A stretch of 48,505 bases of DNA from Chloroflexota bacterium (lineage in GTDB: Bacteria > Chloroflexota > Anaerolineae > 4572-78 > J111), in assembly GCA_024277275.1 (NCBI GenBank), contig JAJRVO010000336.1, forward strand, positions 1 through 48,505, read 5' to 3'. A model generated the notes under the pieces. The model saw only the letters and a program-made list of their open reading frames with translations, made no database searches and had not been told where the DNA came from. How positions within the stretch are numbered: position 1 is the stretch's first letter; each line of letters begins with the position of its first letter. The position numbers were made by a program, and so were the translations under genes. Below, piece after piece: positions 26,736-35,640 of the stretch.

Positions 26736-28226
26736 TTGAGTAGCTTAACTCTGGCCGACGTCATCGAAGGCTTAACCGGAAATCGAATACAAGCCGCGTC
26801 AATTATTAGTGATGTTGTTATTGACTCGCGCCAGGCCCAGGCAGGTTCGCTCTTTGTGGCCTTACCCGGCGAGCAAACGGATGGTCACCAATTTGTTGAG
26901 CAAGCGTTTAAGCAAGGAGCCATAGCGGCCATTACACATCAACCTGTGGCCTCTCTGTACGACCAGGGGCAAACCATCGAGGTTGGTCGAACTGACCCGG
27001 AACAGTGGGCGTCAATTGTCGACAACTTGCCAATTTGCATTCAGGTTGAAGATAGCTTAAAGGGGTTGCAGCAGTTGGCCGCGTTTTGGCGCAACAAATT
27101 TAATCCACGCATAGTAGGGATTACCGGCAGCGTGGGTAAGAGTACAACCAAGGAACTGGTTTGGGCGATATTGTCTACCCGATTTAAGACGCTCAAAAGC
27201 GAGGGCAATTACAACAATGAAATCGGGTTGCCCTTAACCTTGCTCAACCTAAATGCTAACCATGAGTATGTTGTTCTGGAAATGGGTATGTACGCCATCG
27301 GAGAAATAGAGCTTTTGTGCAAAATAGCCCGCCCGCAAATGGGTGTAGTAACTAATGTAGGGCCGGTTCACCTGGAGCGGGTAGGGACAATGGAAAGAAT
27401 TGTTCAAGCCAAGTCAGAATTGGTACAGGCTCTTCCGGCCTCTTCTACCTCTGAACCGGACACAGGCGGCGTGGCTATTCTTAATTATGATGACCCGCTG
27501 GTTTTGCCAATGGCGGCTAAAACTCAAGCTCGCGTTTTAACTTATGGGTTATCGCCCAAAGCAGATTTGTGGGCCGGCGATGTGGTTAGCGCCGGACTGG
27601 AAGGCATTCGGTTTGTGTTTCATCACGGGGATGAAACTATTCACGCTCGTATCCCTTTGCTGGGGCGACACAGCGTTCACAACGCTTTACGCTCTGCGCT
27701 GGTTGGCCTGGAAGAGGGTTTGGCCTGGGAAGAGATTATTGCCGGGTTGCAAGCGTTGCCCAGTTCTTCTCAGCTACGTTTGGTGGCGACGCCCGGCCCC
27801 AATGGGTCTACGGTGTTGGACGACACCTATAATGCCAGCCCGGCTTCAACAATTGCGGCCCTTAACTTGCTTGACGACCTGGTCGCAACCAAAAAAATTG
27901 CGGTGTTACGCGATATGATGGAGTTGGGCAGTTATGAGGAAGAAGGCCACCGCAAAGTTGGCTGTCGAGCCGCCGGCATCGTTGATTTGTTAGTGGTTAT
28001 TGGCCCCAGGTCAAAAATTGCCGCCGAAGAGGCCCGGGCTTGCGGCTTGAACCCATCCTCTATTCTGGAACTTGAAAACAATGAGGCGGCAGCCGATTAT
28101 CTTACAGGAATATTGGAACCGGAGAATATTGTTTTAATTAAAGGGTCTCTATCCCGGAAAATGAGTGAAATTGTGTCGGCTTTGACTGTAACAAGTAGCG
28201 GGCCAAAGAAACAAAAAGCAATCTGA
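26736..28226 (+). CDS. murF: UDP-N-acetylmuramoyl-tripeptide--D-alanyl-D-alanine ligase
   Basis: 496 aa with a TTG start. It has DSRQAQAGSLFVALPGEQTDGHQF, GITGSVGKSTTKE and NYNNEIGLPLTLL (MurF-type). Confidence 0.85.
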   Translation: MSSLTLADVIEGLTGNRIQAASIISDVVIDSRQAQAGSLFVALPGEQTDGHQFVEQAFKQGAIAAITHQPVASLYDQGQTIEVGRTDPEQWASIVDNLPICIQVEDSLKGLQQLAAFWRNKFNPRIVGITGSVGKSTTKELVWAILSTRFKTLKSEGNYNNEIGLPLTLLNLNANHEYVVLEMGMYAIGEIELLCKIARPQMGVVTNVGPVHLERVGTMERIVQAKSELVQALPASSTSEPDTGGVAILNYDDPLVLPMAAKTQARVLTYGLSPKADLWAGDVVSAGLEGIRFVFHHGDETIHARIPLLGRHSVHNALRSALVGLEEGLAWEEIIAGLQALPSSSQLRLVATPGPNGSTVLDDTYNASPASTIAALNLLDDLVATKKIAVLRDMMELGSYEEEGHRKVGCRAAGIVDLLVVIGPRSKIAAEEARACGLNPSSILELENNEAAADYLTGILEPENIVLIKGSLSRKMSEIVSALTVTSSGPKKQKAI

Positions 28227-28287
28227 AGCCGGACAGCAAACTACTTAGGATTGAGAATTGATTAACTTTCCCATTTTCCTTTTGCCC

Positions 28288-28351
28288 GATGATGAATGAT
28301 GCGTGATGCGTGATAAAACTGCTTTTCACGCATCACGCATCACTCATCACG
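28288..28351. repeat. Heptamer-periodic palindrome, (GATGCGT)n
   Basis: gatgatgaatgatgcgtgatgcgtga ... tcacgcatcacgcatcactcatcacg. Confidence 0.9.
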
Positions 28352-28419
28352 CCAATTGGGTAAGTTATTTAATCACCATTCCTTAGAAACGAGTTAACCA
28401 CCAAAAAGGCAGTCAGTAA

Positions 28420-29397
28420 ATGGCGTACTCACTAACATTAGGCACAATCTCGTTTTTGCTGGCTGTTATTTGGGGACGCCCGCTTATTAACTTGTTAAAG
28501 CGGCTGCGTATTGGCAAGGGCATCAGAATTGAGGGGCCAAGTACGCATCAGGTAAAAACGGGCACGCCAACTATGGGCGGCCTGATGATCTTAATCCCGG
28601 TGCTGGTTATTACCGGGGTGTTGAACATTGCCAATTTACTGGGTTTTAATCTAATCGGTCAATCCATTTTGGTACCTATCGGCGTGATGATTACGTTTGG
28701 CTCTCTGGGCGCTGTTGACGATTTGATGGGCGTAAAAGTGATTTCAACCGGCCTTTTAGGGCGATACAAGTTGTTGTGGCAAATTATTTTTTCATTAGCA
28801 ACTGCGCTTTTTCTACATTATGCCCTGGGTTTACGGAGTATCGCCATTCCGGGAATTCAAGAGAAGGTTGAAATTGGTTTGCTTTATATCCCGGTGGCTA
28901 TGTTCATCATTGTCGGCACATCTAACGCAGTCAATTTAACGGATGGTTTAGACGGCCTGGCGGGTAGCATTGCCGCTGTCGCTTTTACGGCTTATGGCGT
29001 TATTGCCTTTTTGCAGGGACAAATTTGGCTGGTGGCCTTTGTTTTTACCGTTGTAGGAGCCTTGTTTGCCTTTTTGTGGTACAACGCTCACCCAGCCGAA
29101 CTTTTTATGGGCGACATCGGTTCTTTGGCTGTTGGAGCTACCTTAGCCGTAGTAGCCTTAATGACCGGGCAATGGTTACTTTTGCCGGTAGTAGGTTTTG
29201 TTTTTATGGCCGAGGCAATCTCGGTGATATTGCAGGTGAGTTATTTTAAGATGACTGGCGGCAAACGTCTCTTTAAGATGAGCCCTTTGCACCATCATTT
29301 TGAATTACTGGGCTGGTCTGAAACGCATGTAACCCAACGCTTCTGGCTCATTGGTATTTTGTCGGCAATGTTGGGGATTGCCCTGGCCCTGATTTGA
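28420..29397 (+). CDS. mraY: Phospho-N-acetylmuramoyl-pentapeptide transferase
   Basis: 325 aa polytopic protein with HQVKTGTPTMGG, NAVNLTDGLDGLA and SPLHHHFEL. Confidence 0.92.
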   Translation: MAYSLTLGTISFLLAVIWGRPLINLLKRLRIGKGIRIEGPSTHQVKTGTPTMGGLMILIPVLVITGVLNIANLLGFNLIGQSILVPIGVMITFGSLGAVDDLMGVKVISTGLLGRYKLLWQIIFSLATALFLHYALGLRSIAIPGIQEKVEIGLLYIPVAMFIIVGTSNAVNLTDGLDGLAGSIAAVAFTAYGVIAFLQGQIWLVAFVFTVVGALFAFLWYNAHPAELFMGDIGSLAVGATLAVVALMTGQWLLLPVVGFVFMAEAISVILQVSYFKMTGGKRLFKMSPLHHHFELLGWSETHVTQRFWLIGILSAMLGIALALI

Positions 29398-29480
29398 TAA
29401 GGCAGGTTTTTATCCGAAACCTGAAACTTGAAGTTATGTATCAAAAGTATCAACTTTGTAAATGAGGAGGATTTATTAAA

Positions 29481-29771
29481 GTGCAAAGCTTAAATCACAA
29501 TCAACGGCATAGAACATCTCGCGTGTATCCGGAGCTGGTTAAGCCTTCCAGAGTTAGCGAGAAAGAAGCAACGTATTACGCAGCTTTAGACCTGGTGGCT
29601 CGCATTGACGAGGATTTGACGCGAGGCATTCGGCACTATCGCAACAAAGCCGGCTTGCTCCTGACCACTCTGGATGAGGTTGTTCAGGCTATTCTTGACG
29701 ATAATTTGCTGATGCCCGAACAACAAGAATCCCAGATGCTTTGGGTCGCGCCTCAAGAATTGGCAGCTTAA
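29481..29771 (+). CDS. Hypothetical protein (96 aa) inserted between mraY and murD
   Basis: A GTG start is preceded by GAGGAGG at a 9-nt spacing. I recognise no family. Confidence 0.4.
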   Translation: MQSLNHNQRHRTSRVYPELVKPSRVSEKEATYYAALDLVARIDEDLTRGIRHYRNKAGLLLTTLDEVVQAILDDNLLMPEQQESQMLWVAPQELAA

Positions 29772-29804
29772 TAAAGTTTAATGAGTTTAATGAGTTTGGT
29801 GAGT

Positions 29805-29881
29805 AACTTCTCGATAATCCGGGGCGGAGTGCAGATTGCAATCTGCATTTCCCTATTACCCCCAAGTTATTGAGAAGATAC
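29805..29881. mobile_element. Possible 77-bp miniature element flanked by the 10-bp direct repeat TTTGGTGAGT
   Basis: TTTGGTGAGT occurs at 29795-29804 and at 29882-29891. The termini AACTTCTCGATAA and TTATTGAGAAGAT are inverted (11/13). The perfect 18-bp palindrome TGCAGATTGCAATCTGCA lies at 29830-29847. Confidence 0.35.
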
Positions 29882-30082
29882 TTTGGTGAGTTAAAAAAGT
29901 ATAACCGTAATTACGGGTATCGCTCACTCGCTTAACTCAAAACTCGTGCTGTTCGTCTTTTGGCCGTTACTTGCTCTGGCCGGGTCCACGCCCCGGTGCC
30001 TATGGGCCTGAGACGTGGGTTGCGGACCCCGTTGCGAGCACAAGGCGAACCGTTACAGTTGATTCTTGTGAAGATCGTGACC

Positions 30083-31546
30083 ATGGCAGACATAAGCATG
30101 CTGTCGGGTTTGCAGGTTTTGGTTATGGGTTTGGGCCGGGAGGGTACGGCTCTGGCAACTTATTTAGCCGGGTACAGCCTGCCGGTTACAGCCACCGATT
30201 TGCGATCTGCAGCACAATTAGGAGATACAACGGCTGCTTTGCAAGAAGCCGGTATTTCACTGGTTCTTGGCGAGCATCCTTTATCTTTGTTGGATGAGGC
30301 TGATATTCTCTTTGTCAGTCCCGGCGTGCCTTTGGAAGTTCCATTTTTGCGGCAAGCCGTATCGCAAAAAATCCCGTTGAGTACGGAGAGCAGGCTCTTT
30401 TGTCATCTCTGTCCGGCTCCTATCCTGGCTGTTACCGGGTCTAGTGGAAAAACCACCACTGCCACCCTCCTGAGTAAAATTATGGAGGTTAGCGGCAGAA
30501 AAACCTGGGTTGGCGGTAATATTGGTCGCCCCCTGATTGAGGCGGTTGAGCAGATAAAACCGGACGACATCGTCGTCATAGAGTTAAGCAGCTTTCAGTT
30601 GGAATATTTCCATGCTCGACTCAATAAAGCGGTTGACGTAGCAGGCATACCTTCTGACAACCCACAACAGTTGGCTGTATTGCTTGATAATTGGAGTCCG
30701 CCTATAGGCGCTATTCTCAATATTACGCCCAACCACTTAGATCGCCATCCCTCTATGAAGCATTACGTGCTGGCCAAACGAGCCATCATCGACTATCAAG
30801 ATGTGAACGGCGTCATCATTATGGGGTTGGACAATGATATGACCCGGACCATTGGCAACCAGTTTGGCCCCAAAGTGCGGTGGTTTAGCCAGGAAGCGCG
30901 AATAGCAAATGGGGCCGGTATTTTAAATGATGCGCTTGTTTTTTTTGACCGGGAGGACAAGCCGCAAACGCTGGTAAATATAAATGAAATAAAGTTACGC
31001 GGCCGTCACAATATCTATAATATTTTGGCTGCTTGTTTAATAGCCAAAGAGGCCGGAGCCTCAATTGAGACAATGCAGCAGGTTGTCACTACGTTTACAG
31101 GCGTGGACCATCGCTTGCAGTTGGTCAGAGAATATAATCAGGTTGCCTACTACAACGACAGCATCGCCACTTCTCCGGAGCGATTGATTGCCGCCCTGTA
31201 CTCTTTTAGCGAACCCATTGTTTTATTGGCCGGAGGCTATGATAAAAATTTACCCTGGGAAGAGGCTGCCCGGTTAATGCTGCACAGAACCCGTCAAATT
31301 ATTCTTTTTGGCGAGGCGGCTGAACTTATTGCCGGAGAAATCGACTCTGTTTGTGCTGAAGCAACTACTACGGCAACCCCGGTTGTTCATCGCTGCCCGG
31401 ATTTGGAAGAGGCGGTTAAAGTGGCCGCTCAAGTGGCTCAACCCGGTAATGTGGTTTTGCTCTCGCCCGGCTGCGCCAGCTTCGACGCCTTTAGCGATTT
31501 TGTTGAACGCGGCGAATGCTTTGCAGAGTTGGTGATGGCGTTGTGA
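30083..31546 (+). CDS. murD: UDP-N-acetylmuramoylalanine--D-glutamate ligase
   Basis: It has MADISMLSGLQVLVMGLGREGTA (Rossmann start), AVTGSSGKTTT and DHRLQLV. The ORF-track 5-prime extension to 29960 is unlikely to be coding. Confidence 0.85.
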   Translation: MADISMLSGLQVLVMGLGREGTALATYLAGYSLPVTATDLRSAAQLGDTTAALQEAGISLVLGEHPLSLLDEADILFVSPGVPLEVPFLRQAVSQKIPLSTESRLFCHLCPAPILAVTGSSGKTTTATLLSKIMEVSGRKTWVGGNIGRPLIEAVEQIKPDDIVVIELSSFQLEYFHARLNKAVDVAGIPSDNPQQLAVLLDNWSPPIGAILNITPNHLDRHPSMKHYVLAKRAIIDYQDVNGVIIMGLDNDMTRTIGNQFGPKVRWFSQEARIANGAGILNDALVFFDREDKPQTLVNINEIKLRGRHNIYNILAACLIAKEAGASIETMQQVVTTFTGVDHRLQLVREYNQVAYYNDSIATSPERLIAALYSFSEPIVLLAGGYDKNLPWEEAARLMLHRTRQIILFGEAAELIAGEIDSVCAEATTTATPVVHRCPDLEEAVKVAAQVAQPGNVVLLSPGCASFDAFSDFVERGECFAELVMAL

Positions 31547-31554
31547 GTATGTAA

Positions 31555-32772
31555 ATGACTCAATCAAAATCGGAAGACCCACATAAATACGATTATTTGT
31601 TGGTGATTACCGTAGCCGCCCTACTTATTGTTGGGCTAATGATGATTTACAGCGCTACCTTTGCCCTGGGCTACCAACTGCATCAGCAACCCACCTACTA
31701 CTTCATTCGGCAACTGTTGTGGATGGGGCTGGGCACGCTGGCCCTGGTTGTTTTGGCCCGCGTTGAGTATCATACCTGGCGGCGCTTTTCAATTCCGATG
31801 ATGGCCGTTACTATGCTGCTGCTGGGCTTGGTGCTGTTAATAGGCGAGGCACGCTTTGGCGGGCAGCGCTGGCTTTTTAACGGCTCCATTCAACCGTCGG
31901 AGCTTAGCAAGCTGGTAATTGTTATTTACATTGCCGACTGGCTGTCGTCAAAGGGCGACAAAATTCGTAAAGTGAGTTATGGCCTGATTCCATTTGCCAT
32001 TTTATTGGGGTTAATTACCGGGTTAATTGTGCTTCAGCAAGACTTGAGTACGGCTATTTTAATTGGAATTACATCTCTGGCTATGTTTTTTATTGCCGGC
32101 GGAAATTTATGGCAAATTATGGTGAGCGGTCTTTTGGGCGGCGGCACCTTATTTATTTTGATTACCCGCTCAGCCTATCGACTGTCCCGGATTACCTCTT
32201 TTCTTGATCCGCTTAACGGCGACCCGATGGGCGACGGTTACCAGATACGCCAAATTTTAATTGCGTTGGGGTCGGGCGGGCTAACCGGGTTGGGCCTGGG
32301 GGCCAGTCGCCAAAAATTTGGCTACATTCCCGCCTCTCACACCGATGGTATTTTTGCCATTTTAGGCGAAGAGTTAGGGTTAATTGGCGGCCTGGTTGTG
32401 ATTGGCCTGTTTACTTTTTTAGCATATCGCGGTTTTAAAATTGCCCTGGCCGCCAAAGATTCTTTTGGGACTGTGCTGGCTTCCGGCATTACCTGTAGCC
32501 TTATATTTCAGGCCCTTGTTAATGTGGGCGTGGTTACGGCCAGTTTGCCCTTTACCGGCGTGCCGCTGCCGTTAATTAGCTTTGGCGGTTCGTCGCTGGT
32601 GGTTAGCATGGCCAGTATTGGTTTGCTGCTGGCTATCTCTCGCCGCACAATGCCGGCCAAACAGGCCAAGAAAGAGGGACGCCGTGAGGTTAATGGTTTC
32701 CGGAGGCGGAACCGGGGGACACGTTTATCCGGCGTTAGCCGCCCTGCAAAGCCTAAACCGGCAATGCGCTGA
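31555..32772 (+). CDS. ftsW: Peptidoglycan glycosyltransferase FtsW (SEDS family)
   Basis: 405 aa polytopic protein with QPSELSKL, PASHTDGIFAILGEELG and a LPFTGVPLPLISFGGSS C-terminal motif. The basic tail overlaps the murG start. Confidence 0.85.
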   Translation: MTQSKSEDPHKYDYLLVITVAALLIVGLMMIYSATFALGYQLHQQPTYYFIRQLLWMGLGTLALVVLARVEYHTWRRFSIPMMAVTMLLLGLVLLIGEARFGGQRWLFNGSIQPSELSKLVIVIYIADWLSSKGDKIRKVSYGLIPFAILLGLITGLIVLQQDLSTAILIGITSLAMFFIAGGNLWQIMVSGLLGGGTLFILITRSAYRLSRITSFLDPLNGDPMGDGYQIRQILIALGSGGLTGLGLGASRQKFGYIPASHTDGIFAILGEELGLIGGLVVIGLFTFLAYRGFKIALAAKDSFGTVLASGITCSLIFQALVNVGVVTASLPFTGVPLPLISFGGSSLVVSMASIGLLLAISRRTMPAKQAKKEGRREVNGFRRRNRGTRLSGVSRPAKPKPAMR

Positions 32773-33811
32773 AGCGGGCGTTAAGCCGGAACTTTTATGG
32801 ATTGGCAGCATTGGCGGCATGGAACAGGCCCTGGTAGAACGGGCCGGTTTAAAAATTGAATTAATATCGGCGGCGGGCCTGCGGGGTAGAAACCCGGTAG
32901 CCGCCCTGGGTAGTTTGTGGACGTTAAGCCGGGGATACCGTCAGAGCCGGCGCCTTATCCGGCGCTTTCAACCGGATGCCCTTTTTGTTACGGGGGGCTA
33001 CGTGTGCGTTCCCATCACCCTGGCAGCCTGGCGGTCCGGCGTGCCGATTATCATTTACCTGCCGGATATTGAGCCGGGTTTGGCTATAAAATTTTTGGCT
33101 CGATTTGCCGGCCGTGTGGCCGTCACTACCGAGGAGACCCGTAAATTCTTTCGACCCGGTTTGGCGGTAGTCACGGGGTATCCGGTCAGGCCGGAGTTGC
33201 GTGTCGACCCGGCAGATAAAACCGGAAAGGCCGCAGCCCGGCAACAACTGGGATTGAACAGCTCTTTGCCGGTCCTGTTGGTTTTTGGCGGTAGTCGCGG
33301 GGCGCGCAGCATCAACCGGGCGCTGGCCGGTCAGATAGAAGCCTATCTTGAGGTTTGTCAGGTGGTCCACGTTAGCGGCAAATTGGATGCGGAGTGGGCG
33401 CTGGCGCGTCGAGAAGAATTGCCGCCGGATTTACGGGCGCGTTATCACGTCTCGGCCTACTTGCACGCAGAAATGACCGCGGCTCTATTGGCTGCCGACC
33501 TGGTTATTTCAAGGGCCGGGGCCAGCGTAATGGGCGAGTTTCCGGCGGTGGGGTTGCCCGCAATTTTAGCGCCTTATCCCTACGCCGGCACGCATCAGGC
33601 TTTAAACGCAAATTATTTGGCTCAACATCAAGCCGCCGTAGTTATTGACGACGCTGATTTAGAGCGAGACTTAAAGGATGTAACCATCAATCTGATAACG
33701 GACAAAGAGAAATTACAGGCAATGGGGCGCGCCGGCCAAACGCTGGCTAAACCCGATGCCGCAGCGCGTTTGGCTCAAGAGATTTTGGAGGTAAAGACTC
33801 ATGGAACTTAA
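32684..33811 (+). CDS. murG: UDP-N-acetylglucosamine--N-acetylmuramyl-(pentapeptide) pyrophosphoryl-undecaprenol N-acetylglucosamine transferase
   Basis: A GTG at 32684 (or the ATG at 32693) is preceded by GAGGGA. It reads VRLMVSGGGTGGHVYPALA ... LVFGGSRGARSIN. The ORF-track start at 32582 lies inside ftsW. Confidence 0.85.
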   Translation: MRLMVSGGGTGGHVYPALAALQSLNRQCAEAGVKPELLWIGSIGGMEQALVERAGLKIELISAAGLRGRNPVAALGSLWTLSRGYRQSRRLIRRFQPDALFVTGGYVCVPITLAAWRSGVPIIIYLPDIEPGLAIKFLARFAGRVAVTTEETRKFFRPGLAVVTGYPVRPELRVDPADKTGKAAARQQLGLNSSLPVLLVFGGSRGARSINRALAGQIEAYLEVCQVVHVSGKLDAEWALARREELPPDLRARYHVSAYLHAEMTAALLAADLVISRAGASVMGEFPAVGLPAILAPYPYAGTHQALNANYLAQHQAAVVIDDADLERDLKDVTINLITDKEKLQAMGRAGQTLAKPDAAARLAQEILEVKTHGT

Positions 33812-34583
33812 CTGGACGGTGTTAACTTATTTTATCATCGGTCTTTTTGCCCTCTCTGGTTTTTTTAAGGGCTGGTGGAAAGAGGCAGTTGTGACGGTAT
33901 TCTTGGCTGTACTTATATTTTTCTTGCAGAACCCCGACCTGGCCCAGGTGGCTATTGATATTTTTAATAACATTTTAGCCTCCGTTTGGGACTTTATCCC
34001 CAACTCTCTACTGCCTACAGTCGATTCGACCATGCGAACCGTCTTTGCAGTTGATACAGGAGGCGGCGCGTTGCAATTTGATGCCGGTGATCCCAGCACC
34101 TGGTTGATGGTTTTAATTGTGGTTATTGCGGTTGCCATCTTGCTGGGGCGCTCTACGCTGCCTGGCGGAATTATACAACACGGCTTTCGTTATGCGCCTA
34201 CAGCTACAGGCAGTGTGCTAGGCGGGTTGATTGGAGGGCTAAATGGGTTTCTCATCCTTAGCCTGGTCAGAGAATATCTGGATGGTCGTAACTTGCCCAT
34301 TGGCGATAGCCCCGCAACGGAGATTGCCTTTGCAGGGGGGGGACAAGTGGTTGGCATGGCTTCGTCAGGCGTTGCTATAAGGACAACACAAATGCCCGAT
34401 TTTACAATTCTGGATAGTTTTTTGCCCTGGGTAATTGTTGGCGTCGGCATTTTGATCTTTTTTGCTGTTTTAAGAAACCGGGTTGGCTTGCATAGCAACA
34501 AAGGTTTCAGAAGGATAAATTACAAAGTACCTTATGGATACAGGGGAGTTGTTGTCATGCCTCCTCCCCCACCCAAGAAATAA
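33801..34583 (+). CDS. CvpA-family-like integral membrane protein, paralog 1
   Basis: 260 aa. It has NWTVLTYFIIGLFALSGFFKGWWKEAV (CvpA-like N-terminal GF-x-G-x-x-x-E) and VLGGLIGGLNGFLILSLV. The start overlaps the murG stop by 11 nt. Confidence 0.55.
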   Translation: MELNWTVLTYFIIGLFALSGFFKGWWKEAVVTVFLAVLIFFLQNPDLAQVAIDIFNNILASVWDFIPNSLLPTVDSTMRTVFAVDTGGGALQFDAGDPSTWLMVLIVVIAVAILLGRSTLPGGIIQHGFRYAPTATGSVLGGLIGGLNGFLILSLVREYLDGRNLPIGDSPATEIAFAGGGQVVGMASSGVAIRTTQMPDFTILDSFLPWVIVGVGILIFFAVLRNRVGLHSNKGFRRINYKVPYGYRGVVVMPPPPPKK

Positions 34584-34639
34584 AAACGGCTTTTTTGATT
34601 TTTTAATTAAAAATCGGGTGGTACGAAAGGTGAGCTATT

Positions 34640-35422
34640 ATGGCAATTAATTGGACAATCATCGCTTACTTTGTTGTTGGTTATTTTGTCATCTCAGGGT
34701 TTTCCAGGGGATGGTGGAAAGAAGCCGTCACCACAGTTGTGCTGGCCGCCCTTATCTTTTTTCTGCAAAATCCCACGTGGGCCGAGAGCTTTATAGATTT
34801 TTCTAATGGCCTGATTGCTACAATCTGGCGCTATATTCCGGGCAACATTGCGCAGGTTATCAATAATATTTTGGGAGGCATTTTTGCAACCGGCGCCAAC
34901 AGTAGTGGCGTCTTTCAGATTGACGCCACCAATCCGGAAACGTGGATGACAATCTTGCTTTTGGTTGTTGGAGCAGCCATCTTATTTGGTCAAGTTAATT
35001 TTGGACATCAACCAACAAGTATTGGAAAAGTATTGGGCGGGCTGGTAGGAGGGTTCAATGGGTTTCTTATTCTTGGTCTGGTTAGAGAATACCTGGATGG
35101 ACGCGCTTTGCCGGGGCAAGAAGTGCATAATTCAACCATAACTTTAGCTGGAGGTAGCGCCTTTGGCCCCGCTTCAACAGATGTTTCTATTCAGGCCACC
35201 GGTTTACCCAATTATACCATACTGGATAGCGTGATACCCTGGGTGGTGATAGGCATTGGCCTTGTAATGCTAATTTCAGTTCTTAAAACCAGGGTTGGTA
35301 TAGCCAGTAATAAAGATGGCAGCAAAATAGCGGTTAAGATTCCGCCTTTCTACCAAAGCCCCGTACCACGAGGTAGGGTCCAGCCAAATCCGCCTGTAAC
35401 GCCGGTGAGAATAGTGGAGTAG
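34640..35422 (+). CDS. CvpA-family-like integral membrane protein, paralog 2
   Basis: 260 aa, collinear with paralog 1: NWTIIAYFVVGYFVISGFSRGWWKEAV, VLGGLVGGFNGFLILGLVREYLDGRALP. Confidence 0.55.
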   Translation: MAINWTIIAYFVVGYFVISGFSRGWWKEAVTTVVLAALIFFLQNPTWAESFIDFSNGLIATIWRYIPGNIAQVINNILGGIFATGANSSGVFQIDATNPETWMTILLLVVGAAILFGQVNFGHQPTSIGKVLGGLVGGFNGFLILGLVREYLDGRALPGQEVHNSTITLAGGSAFGPASTDVSIQATGLPNYTILDSVIPWVVIGIGLVMLISVLKTRVGIASNKDGSKIAVKIPPFYQSPVPRGRVQPNPPVTPVRIVE

Positions 35423-35475
35423 GTATACAAATATGGTGGCTTTTCAGCTTGACCAAATAAAGGTCACATCTTGCG

Positions 35476-35569
35476 GGTAATTAGTAAATGGTAAATAGTA
35501 ATTAGCCCAAATTACTTAAGTGAAGCGGCTTACTAATTACCAATTACTATTTACTAATTACCAATTACC
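35476..35569. repeat. Heptamer-periodic palindrome (TAGTAAT/ATTACTA type)
   Basis: ggtaattagtaaatggtaaatagtaattag ... ttactaattaccaattactatttactaattaccaattacc. Confidence 0.9.
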
Positions 35570-35640
35570 GACATACAGAACCTTTGTTAGAAAATAGCTG
35601 AACAGTTACCAAATATGCTTGATGATTTACCGGGAAAGTT

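Noticed and set aside
29960-30082. 5-prime extensions of murD (29960), murG (32582) and rsmH (23211) in the ORF track
   Set aside because: The conserved N-terminal Rossmann/glycine motifs begin right after the internal starts (30083, 32684/32693, 23238). The extensions overlap upstream genes or structured spacers.
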